From an uncultured Clostridia bacterium (lineage in GTDB: Bacteria; Bacillota; Clostridia; Oscillospirales; Butyricicoccaceae): DNA of 64,000 bases. The notes below the pieces were generated by a model. That model was not told the DNA's origin. It saw only the letters and a list, made by a program, of their open reading frames with translations, and ran no database searches. The position numbers and the translations under genes were made by a program. The stretch spans positions 153 through 64,152 of the forward strand of contig CALZUY010000004.1 in assembly GCA_945829445.1 (NCBI GenBank). The letters run 5' to 3'. Of the stretch, positions 56,899 to 64,000 are shown piece by piece. Each line of letters begins with the position of its first letter. Position 1 is the stretch's first letter.

Positions 56899-57564
56899 TC
56901 AGTAATTCTCCTTGCGAACCTCAAAATAGCTCTGCGCATGTGCACAGACTGGGCAGACCTCCGGTGCTTCCGTTCCGACAACCAGATGTCCGCAGACACG
57001 GCACTCCCACATGGTCTGGCCACTCTTGGCGAAGACCTGCTGCATCTCCACATTGCTCAACAGCTTGCGATAGCGTTCCTCATGTGCTTTTTCAATTGCG
57101 CCGACACGGCGGAATTTTTCAGCCATTTCGGGGAAGCCCTCTTCGTCCGCTTCCTTTGCCATGCGGTCATACATATCCGTCCACTCGTAGTTTTCACCTT
57201 CTGCAGCGGCAAGCAGGTTTGCAGCTGTACCGCCAATACCGCCCAGCTCTTCAAACCACATCCGTGCGTGCTCCTGCTCGTTGCGGGCTGTTTTCAGGAA
57301 CAGCTCCGCCAGCTGCTCATAGCCTTCGCGCTGTGCCACTGTGGCAAAGAATGTGTACTTGTTGCGCGCCTGGCTTTCACCGGAAAACGCTTCTTCGAGA
57401 TTCTTTTCCGTTTTGGTTCCCGCATATTTGCTGCGGCTGTCAGCCTTCTCCTCTTCTACCGGAGCGAAAGCCGATGCCGGCTGCTTGCAGCGCGGGCAGG
57501 TAAAATCCTGCGGCAGTGGGCCTTCATGAATATATCCACAAACGGTGCATCTCCATTTTTCCAT
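56899..57564 (-). CDS. Rubrerythrin with an extra N-terminal rubredoxin-like domain
   Basis: CTVCGY...CPRC; [28 protein letters not shown]; C-terminal CRVCG...CPVC. Confidence 0.9.
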   Translation of the reverse strand: MEKWRCTVCGYIHEGPLPQDFTCPRCKQPASAFAPVEEEKADSRSKYAGTKTEKNLEEAFSGESQARNKYTFFATVAQREGYEQLAELFLKTARNEQEHARMWFEELGGIGGTAANLLAAAEGENYEWTDMYDRMAKEADEEGFPEMAEKFRRVGAIEKAHEERYRKLLSNVEMQQVFAKSGQTMWECRVCGHLVVGTEAPEVCPVCAHAQSYFEVRKENY

Positions 57565-57729
57565 TTTTTGTTTCCTCCGTAATCTGTAAAATAAAAACAG
57601 CGTGAAGCAATCAACTGGATTTACGCAGTTATGCTACACGCTGTTTATAGTATATTACCAAATTTTTCTGATAATGTCAAATCATTTTGTGTAAAAAACA
57701 CATTCCGGATTTGTATTCAGCATCTGTTA

Positions 57730-59547
57730 TTATGTGGAGAATCCGGCGTACTGTGTCATATACAGCTCATAATACTTTCCCTTCTGAGCAAGCAGGCTGT
57801 TATGATCGCCGCTTTCTACGATCCGGCCCTGATCCATGACGACGATGATATCTGCATCGCGGATTGTGGACAACCGATGGGCAATGATGATACTGGTGCG
57901 GTTTTGCATGACAAGCTGCATCGCATCTTGAATCATCTTTTCTGTCCGGGTGTCCACATTGGAGGTCGCTTCATCCAGAATCAGTATTTTTGGATCGGCC
58001 ACAAAGGCTCGTGCAATTGCAAGAAGCTGGCGCTGTCCCTGGCTGATGTTCTCGCCTGCACCGGTCAGAACGGTATCATATCCCTGCGGCAGCATTTGAA
58101 TCATTTCGCTGCACCGGCTCATTTCGACAGCCTTTTGGAGCTGTTCTTCTGAAGCGGATTCATTTCCATATTTCAGGTTATTCTGAACGGTTTCAGAAAA
58201 CAGGATCGTATCCTGCAATACAATGGCGACATTTTTACGCAGACTGTTTCTGGAAATATCTCTGATATTCTGCCGATTGATATAGATATCTCCGCTGTCA
58301 GGATCATAAAAGCGCATCAGCAGATTGACGATTGTTGTCTTGCCGCTGCCGGTCGCACCGACCAAAGCAACCTTTTTGCCGGAAGGTATCTGCAAAGAAT
58401 AATCGTGAATGACAGGATATCCCTGCTGGTAAGAGAACCTTAAGTTCTGGAAGGTTACCGTTGCAGCCGAATCGTCGGCAAGCTCCTCCCCTGCCTGATC
58501 CTCGCTTTCTTCATCCAGAACCGCAAAGACACGCTCCGCACCCGCAATGGCGGTCTGAAGCTGACCGTAAATCTGTGCGATTTCGTTGATCGGACGGCTG
58601 AATTGCTTGGCATATACGATAAATGCAGAAATGACGCCGACGGAGATAAGTCCGTGTATTGCAAAATATCCGCCGAACACAGCAATGATGACAAAGCTGA
58701 TATTGCCGATACAGTTCATAATCGGTCCCATGACACCGCTGAAAATATCCGTGCGGATTCCCGCCTTTGTCAGCGAATCGGAAACCGCGCAAAACTCTTC
58801 CGTCGTGATATCCTGATGGTTATAGGCTACAACTGTGCGATAGCCTGAAATCATTTCTTCTACTGTGCCGTTCAGCGTTCCGAGCAGCTGCTGGCGGCGG
58901 CGGGAAAACTTCCGCACCCGTTTCGATAAGATCTTTGTCGCGAACACCGTCAAAAGCACGCTTATACAGCTCAAAAGAGCCAGCTGCCAGCAATACCACA
59001 GCATGATAGCGACTGTGCCCAATATTGTCAGGACACCGGAAAACAGAGACGGAAGGGATTGCGAAACAGTCGTTGAAATATTTTCGATATCATTCGTCAT
59101 GCGGCTCATGACATCGCCATGGGAATGTGTATCGAGATATGGAACAGGCAAATCAACGATTTTTTCAAACAGTTCTCCGCGCATGCGTTTTACAATCCGC
59201 TGGCTCAGCTTTGCGCTGATCAGTCCCTGAATCAACTGGCTGCCGCTGTAAAGCAAATATGCCGTGAGCATAAACAGTACGGTATTCATGAGCTTTCCCT
59301 GTACTGTGCCTGCGATGATATCAATCGCTTTGCTTTGCAGGCTCGGGGCAAGTACGCCGCAGAGCGTGCCGAAAATGACAATACCCAGCATACAAAAAAC
59401 CAGCAATTTTTCACGGACAAAATAGGTCACAATCCGCCGCAGTGTCCCTTTGACATCTTCGGCATGCTCCACTTCTACAAACCGGTTGCGCCGGTTCATT
59501 CCCGGAATATTGCGTTCTGCAAGCTTGGAATCATTCACGATGGTCAC
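57730..59547 (-). CDS. ABC exporter, permease/ATPase fusion
   Basis: GATGSGKTT, ISQGQRQ, ILDEATS, IAHRLST. Confidence 0.95.
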   Translation of the reverse strand: MTIVNDSKLAERNIPGMNRRNRFVEVEHAEDVKGTLRRIVTYFVREKLLVFCMLGIVIFGTLCGVLAPSLQSKAIDIIAGTVQGKLMNTVLFMLTAYLLYSGSQLIQGLISAKLSQRIVKRMRGELFEKIVDLPVPYLDTHSHGDVMSRMTNDIENISTTVSQSLPSLFSGVLTILGTVAIMLWYCWQLALLSCISVLLTVFATKILSKRVRKFSRRRQQLLGTLNGTVEEMISGYRTVVAYNHQDITTEEFCAVSDSLTKAGIRTDIFSGVMGPIMNCIGNISFVIIAVFGGYFAIHGLISVGVISAFIVYAKQFSRPINEIAQIYGQLQTAIAGAERVFAVLDEESEDQAGEELADDSAATVTFQNLRFSYQQGYPVIHDYSLQIPSGKKVALVGATGSGKTTIVNLLMRFYDPDSGDIYINRQNIRDISRNSLRKNVAIVLQDTILFSETVQNNLKYGNESASEEQLQKAVEMSRCSEMIQMLPQGYDTVLTGAGENISQGQRQLLAIARAFVADPKILILDEATSNVDTRTEKMIQDAMQLVMQNRTSIIIAHRLSTIRDADIIVVMDQGRIVESGDHNSLLAQKGKYYELYMTQYAGFST

Positions 59548-61270
59548 CTTCCTCCCCGATCTGTGAGTGGTAAATATCCTGATATGTTTTACAGGACTGT
59601 ATCAGCTCTGTATGAGTGCCGCAGGCTTCAATGCTTCCGTTATTCAGCACCACAATTTTGTCTGCATTGCGCACCGATGAAATGCGCTGTGCAACGATAA
59701 TCTTTGTACTCTCCGGTTTGGCCTCGCGCAGAGCTGCATACAGCTCTGCCTCTGTCTTTAAATCGAGTGCACTGGTGGAATCGTCAAATATCAGGATTTC
59801 TGCGCTTTTTAAAACCGCTCTGGCAATGGAAATACGCTGCTTTTGACCGCCGGATAAACTCATGCCGCGCTCTGCGACCGGTGTCTCATATCCCTTTGGT
59901 GTTGTCCGGATAAAACCATCTGCCTGTGCAATACAGGCGGAAGCACAGATTTGCCCGTCTGACGCACCCGGCGCACCCCAGGAAATGTTTTCTCCGATTG
60001 AGGTGCTGAACAATTCGCTTTTCTGTAACGCAATTGCGATTTTATCACGCAATCCCTTCTGCGGATAATCCTGTACATCCACATCGTCAATCAGGACGGT
60101 ACCGTCTGTCACATCATAAAAACGTGGAATCAGACCGACAAGTGCTGTTTTTCCGCAGCCGGTTGCGCCCATAATAGCAATGGTCTCACCCGGCTGAATG
60201 GTCAGATTGATGTGTTTCAAAACCGTCTGTCCCGTGCCGGGGAATGCAAAGGATACATCCCGGAATTCAACTTTTCCGTGAACAGATGTCTCGCCGTCAA
60301 AATTTCCATCCTTCTGCTCCGACCGGCTGTTCAATACCTCACGGACGCGCTTCCAGGATGCCACACCTTTGGAAATGTTCTGAAACAGCATAACCAGCAT
60401 CAAAATGCCATTGAGCATCTGTGTCGTATACGTAATTGCTGCCATGATAACACCGGGTGTTGTCATATGTTGGCCGACCTGGACAGAACCCCTGAGCAAA
60501 ATAAGAACAACGACGCCGTTCATCAATGCATTCATGACCGGATTCATAAACGCAAAAATAACAAGAACCTGAAGCTGCGTCCGGATCAGGCCATTGTTGG
60601 CTTTGCCAAAGCGCACTTTTTCATAACCTTCCCGTACGCAGGCCTTAATAATGCGGATACCGGAAATATCTTCCTGTAATATTGCATTGATCTGGTCAAG
60701 CTGTGCCTGCAGCTTTGACAGCAGTGGATTGGCCTTGATCAGACAGAACAGCATGCATCCAAGAATAAACGGAAACGCACACAAAACAATTTTTCCAAAT
60801 TGATGGTTCAGACGAAACAGAAAGAAAATACTGCCGCCCATCAGCAATGTGGTACGAATCATACCGCGGACAAACTGTGTCACAAAATTCTGTACCTGTG
60901 TGATATCGTTCGTCACTCTTGTGACCAGAGAGCCTGTTCCGAATGAATCAATCTGCGGGAAGGAAAATGTCATAATCCTGCGGAAGCAATCCTTGCGGAT
61001 TTCATTTCCGATATTTTGTCCCGCCATGTGTACAAACACATTGTTCATCGAGCCGCAAAATCCGCCGAACAGGACGAGGGCAATCATTGTTATGCCCACA
61101 GTCAGAATGACCTGCGGATCAGCTACGCCGTTGTTTGCAACGCCCAGCACGCCTTCATCTACAATCCGGCTCATAAGCCTGGGCTGGATCAGATCCATCG
61201 ATACCTCACCGGCCATAAACAGTGCGGCAAACACTGCAAAATGCAGATATCTTTTTACATAACTCCACAT
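59531..61270 (-). CDS. ABC exporter, permease/ATPase fusion (heterodimer partner)
   Basis: GATGCGKT, LSGGQKQR, degenerate Walker B IFDDSTS, VAQR. Confidence 0.95.
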   Translation of the reverse strand: MWSYVKRYLHFAVFAALFMAGEVSMDLIQPRLMSRIVDEGVLGVANNGVADPQVILTVGITMIALVLFGGFCGSMNNVFVHMAGQNIGNEIRKDCFRRIMTFSFPQIDSFGTGSLVTRVTNDITQVQNFVTQFVRGMIRTTLLMGGSIFFLFRLNHQFGKIVLCAFPFILGCMLFCLIKANPLLSKLQAQLDQINAILQEDISGIRIIKACVREGYEKVRFGKANNGLIRTQLQVLVIFAFMNPVMNALMNGVVVLILLRGSVQVGQHMTTPGVIMAAITYTTQMLNGILMLVMLFQNISKGVASWKRVREVLNSRSEQKDGNFDGETSVHGKVEFRDVSFAFPGTGQTVLKHINLTIQPGETIAIMGATGCGKTALVGLIPRFYDVTDGTVLIDDVDVQDYPQKGLRDKIAIALQKSELFSTSIGENISWGAPGASDGQICASACIAQADGFIRTTPKGYETPVAERGMSLSGGQKQRISIARAVLKSAEILIFDDSTSALDLKTEAELYAALREAKPESTKIIVAQRISSVRNADKIVVLNNGSIEACGTHTELIQSCKTYQDIYHSQIGEEGDHRE

Positions 61271-61306
61271 AAAAATCTTCTCCGTTATTTTCAGTGATGA
61301 CAGCTG

Positions 61307-61882
61307 TCATAACCAAGTCCGGTTTTCCAGCGAATTATGGATGTCCCTGTCAGAGCTTTTCCTGTTTTCGCGGTACCGGCTGTCCCAATCTTCATCCAGC
61401 TTTTCAGCCAGAGCCAGCAGCGTGGCCTTTTGGTCTGCCGATAGACAGGAAAATAATTCCTGATGGAGTAATTTGCGCTGTCTGGATGCCTCTTCCGCCT
61501 GTATCTGGCCGGCTGGCGTCAATTGTATATCAGTTGTCCGCCGGTCTGTTCCACTCGGCGTGCGCCGAATCAGCCCGACATTTTCCAGCTTCCGAATGAC
61601 TTCACTGGCAGAGCCGGGTTGAATGCCCAGCTGTTCCGTCAGTTCGCGCTGTGTCATTTGTCCGGATTCATACAGAATAATCAGAATTCGTTTCTGACTC
61701 CCTTTTCCCTCGAGCATAAAGCGCAACATATGCCCCAAGTCACGTAAATTCATAACAAGCCGGTTATTGATATCTGCCTCATCACAGTCTGCCGTACATG
61801 GGATGTTTAACCTGTTCTGTTCATACCCATGCTCACCCTGTAATTTGTCTTCCATACACTGTCGGTTACTGCGTTCCTCCAT
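61307..61882 (-). CDS. MarR-family regulator
   Basis: MTQRELTEQLGIQPGSASEVIRKLE..GLI.R...TDRR. Confidence 0.9.
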   Translation of the reverse strand: MEERSNRQCMEDKLQGEHGYEQNRLNIPCTADCDEADINNRLVMNLRDLGHMLRFMLEGKGSQKRILIILYESGQMTQRELTEQLGIQPGSASEVIRKLENVGLIRRTPSGTDRRTTDIQLTPAGQIQAEEASRQRKLLHQELFSCLSADQKATLLALAEKLDEDWDSRYRENRKSSDRDIHNSLENRTWL

Positions 61883-62041
61883 CCCGAACACCTCCTCGAA
61901 AACATTAGGTACCTTTATAATTATACCACAAATATCCAATTTATCAAGGTACCTTTGCTATTTTCACAGTGCAGCCTGAACTGCAAAAAAAAGAAAGGCC
62001 GACACATTTCTGTGCCGACCCTCCGGTATTTGTCCTGATAT

Positions 62042-62248
62042 TTATGCTTTGGTTGCAAGGTAATTGTTGATTTCAGTTACCAGCTCGTCCGCATTGGTGC
62101 CATGAACCATGCAGGCTTCCTCAATGCTCTCGCCCTGGGAATGCGGGCAGCCGAGGCAATGCATGCCGATGTTGATAAAGAACTGCGCGGTATTGATATC
62201 AATTGCGAGAACCTCGCCGATCGTGGTCTGTTTGGAAATTGCAGCCAT
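62042..62248 (-). CDS. DUF1858 domain protein
   Basis: GMHCLGCPHSQGESIEEACMVHG. Confidence 0.9.
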   Translation of the reverse strand: MAAISKQTTIGEVLAIDINTAQFFINIGMHCLGCPHSQGESIEEACMVHGTNADELVTEINNYLATKA

Positions 62249-62429
62249 GGGAAAATGACCTCCTGTGTTTTAGAAATAGATTACTTTAGTATTATACTGT
62301 CTCTCCGGATGTTTTTCAATACATGCAGCCGTATTTTGGAGAAAAAAACAAGGAGATGCGGTGCTTGTCGAACACTGTGCGGTTGGCTGTGCAGTTTTTG
62401 TCCGGGGATTTTGCATGAAACGCGATGGC

Positions 62430-62461
62430 AAAAAGAACACCCATCAAATTGATGGGTGTTC
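62430..62461 (-). terminator. Terminator after zinc-ribbon gene
   Basis: GAACACCCATCA/TGATGGGTGTTC stem then T5 on minus strand. Confidence 0.75.
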
Positions 62462-62476
62462 GGATAATCTGTTGAA

Positions 62477-62755
62477 TCAGCCCTCTGCCTTCATCTTGGC
62501 GAAGCACTCGCTGCAATAAACCGGGCGGTCGTTCTTCGGCTGGAACGGGATTTTTGCCTCTCCGCCGCACGCCGCACAGGTTGCGGTGAAATATTCACGC
62601 GGTGCCTTAGCTGCGTTCTTTCTCTTGTCACGGCAGGCCTTGCAGCGCTGCGGTTCGTTCTGGAAGCCGCGTTCTGCGTAAAATGCCTGTTCACCTGCGG
62701 AAAAAACGAATTCCTGACCGCATTCCTTACATACCAATGTCTTATCCTGATACAT
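62477..62755 (-). CDS. Zinc-ribbon / CxxC-x17-CxxC protein
   Basis: CKECG..F.FSAGEQ.FY..RGF.N.PQRCKAC; CAACG...PVYCSECF. Confidence 0.9.
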   Translation of the reverse strand: MYQDKTLVCKECGQEFVFSAGEQAFYAERGFQNEPQRCKACRDKRKNAAKAPREYFTATCAACGGEAKIPFQPKNDRPVYCSECFAKMKAEG

Positions 62756-62822
62756 CATGATACCTCTCTGTGACTTGTCCTCCGTCAATACCGAGGGACT
62801 GAATTTTATTGCGCACAGGATG

Positions 62823-63467
62823 TCACCTGTGTTCGCCCAAAAGTGTTGCGGCCTTCCGCCGGATGCGCTGGATTGCGTTGTCCACCGACTTTACGGGTTT
62901 GCCGACTTCTGCGGCCATTTCCTCATAGGAACAGCCGTCCAAATACAATGCGAGAACCCTGGCTTCGAACGCAGACAGCAATGACATCAGTTTCTGCTGT
63001 CTTTCCCGGTGCTCCTCTGCGCCGATGACCAGATAAGCCGGGTCAGCAGCTGCGTGCGCCGTTTCAGTATTTTCGTCAAAAAGAGGGGTTTTTGCAATGT
63101 TCTCCGAATGGTTGAGCGGCTCATGCTTGGCAGCGGAGGCTGCGCTGACAGCGGAATAGATGCGGCGCATAATGCACATGCGTGCAAACGCCTCAAACGG
63201 TACGCCGCGCTCAGGTGAAAACGCACGCACAGCTTTGAGCAGGCCGAGCATGCCTTCCTGAATCAGGTCTTCCCCGTCACCTCCTGCCAGGAAATACGGG
63301 CGGGAACAAGCCTTGACCACGCTGAAATAACGTTCAACAAGCAGTTCTTCCGCAGTACGGTCTCCCTGCTGTGCCAGCGCGCACAACTGCTCATCCGAGC
63401 AGCTTTCCATTGTAAGATTTTCATTGCTATACATCATATTGCTTCGATTATACCCCATCGTTAACAA
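62823..63467 (-). CDS. sigH: RNA polymerase sigma factor SigH
   Basis: YFLAGGDGEDLIQEGMLGL, SYEEMA....KSVDNAIQRIRRK. Confidence 0.92.
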   Translation of the reverse strand: MLTMGYNRSNMMYSNENLTMESCSDEQLCALAQQGDRTAEELLVERYFSVVKACSRPYFLAGGDGEDLIQEGMLGLLKAVRAFSPERGVPFEAFARMCIMRRIYSAVSAASAAKHEPLNHSENIAKTPLFDENTETAHAAADPAYLVIGAEEHRERQQKLMSLLSAFEARVLALYLDGCSYEEMAAEVGKPVKSVDNAIQRIRRKAATLLGEHR

Positions 63468-63612
63468 ATTGTCAATATTATTTGTTCACTTTATCGACAC
63501 CGGGCGAAATATGCCGTGCTTTTTTGTGCGTTTCCGCCAAATGCCGTGCTTTATTTTATGCAGATACAAAAGAGAGGATACATTTCTGCATCCTCTCTGC
63601 ACAAAATTTTAA

Positions 63613-64000
63613 TCAAACGATGGATTCGATGACCTTTGCAACTGCTTCAGCGGCATTGTGCACCCGGGTTTTGTCCATGCCTTCGACCATAACGCGGACC
63701 AGCGGTTCCGTGCCGGACGGGCGAACCAAAATGCGGCCTTCGCCGAGGCTCTGCTTTTCCTTTTCAATGGCGTCCTGTACCTCCGGACGGTCAGAAAGCG
63801 AATATTTCAGCGCCGTCGGAACCTGTACGTTAATCATGATCTGCGGCCACGGCACGACTTCGGATGCGATCTCAGACGCGCGCTTGCCGCTGTCCTTGAG
63901 CATTTTGAGGAACTGTACCGCAGTCAGCTCACCGTCGCCGGTGGTGGCATATTCGAGGAAGATAATATGGCCCGACTGCTCGCCGCCGAGAATATACCCG
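63613..64000 (-). CDS. glmM: Phosphoglucosamine mutase (C-terminal part)
   Basis: LGGEQSGHI, TGDGELT, PQIMINV, GRILVRPSGTEPLVRVMVEG. Confidence 0.93.
   Translation of the reverse strand, partial: GYILGGEQSGHIIFLEYATTGDGELTAVQFLKMLKDSGKRASEIASEVVPWPQIMINVQVPTALKYSLSDRPEVQDAIEKEKQSLGEGRILVRPSGTEPLVRVMVEGMDKTRVHNAAEAVAKVIESIV

Noticed and set aside
1-64000. CRISPR arrays, tRNA or rRNA genes, intact integrase/transposase
   Set aside because: No regularly spaced repeats, cloverleaf motifs or recombinase ORFs were seen by eye

Overview
Chromosomal window from a spore-forming, anaerobic Clostridia-class gut bacterium (Oscillospiraceae/Butyricicoccaceae-like by gene content; inference). Most of it is housekeeping, on the minus strand: iolG start, two LacI regulators, rnmV-holA-comEC-HIT-alaS (T-box), U32-mltG-...-tmk-thyX-wecB, and nusB-tsaD-like-xseA-xseB-ispA ... 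oapA-dxs-tlyA-nadK-argR-recN-tyrS. Plus-strand trmK-nif3-rqcH-guaA follows, then tetR-ilvBN, rubrerythrin, marR-ABC, sigH and the 3' end of glmM. The main signal is not in the ORF track: a ~613-nt OLE RNA gene (37425-38037, minus) directly downstream of ispA. Its partner gene oapA (27071-27676) is normally adjacent. Here it is separated by a ~9.7-kb insert carrying hppA, a decaying nucleoside-salvage operon and an IS3 remnant. ole and oapA each have their own sigmaA-type promoter, and a degenerate copy of the OLE 3' end sits in the oapA 5' UTR. Other observations: (1) a 44-bp inverted-repeat pair, each copy an outward-facing promoter, flanking an mgtE/small-ORF cassette; (2) a long mgtE leader with a uORF and no recognisable M-box; (3) a guaA-adjacent accessory cluster (URO-D-like, PocR/AraC, truncated methyltransferase) with twin LacI-type operators. 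No rRNA, tRNA or CRISPR array was seen. All family assignments are from motif recognition, not database searches.
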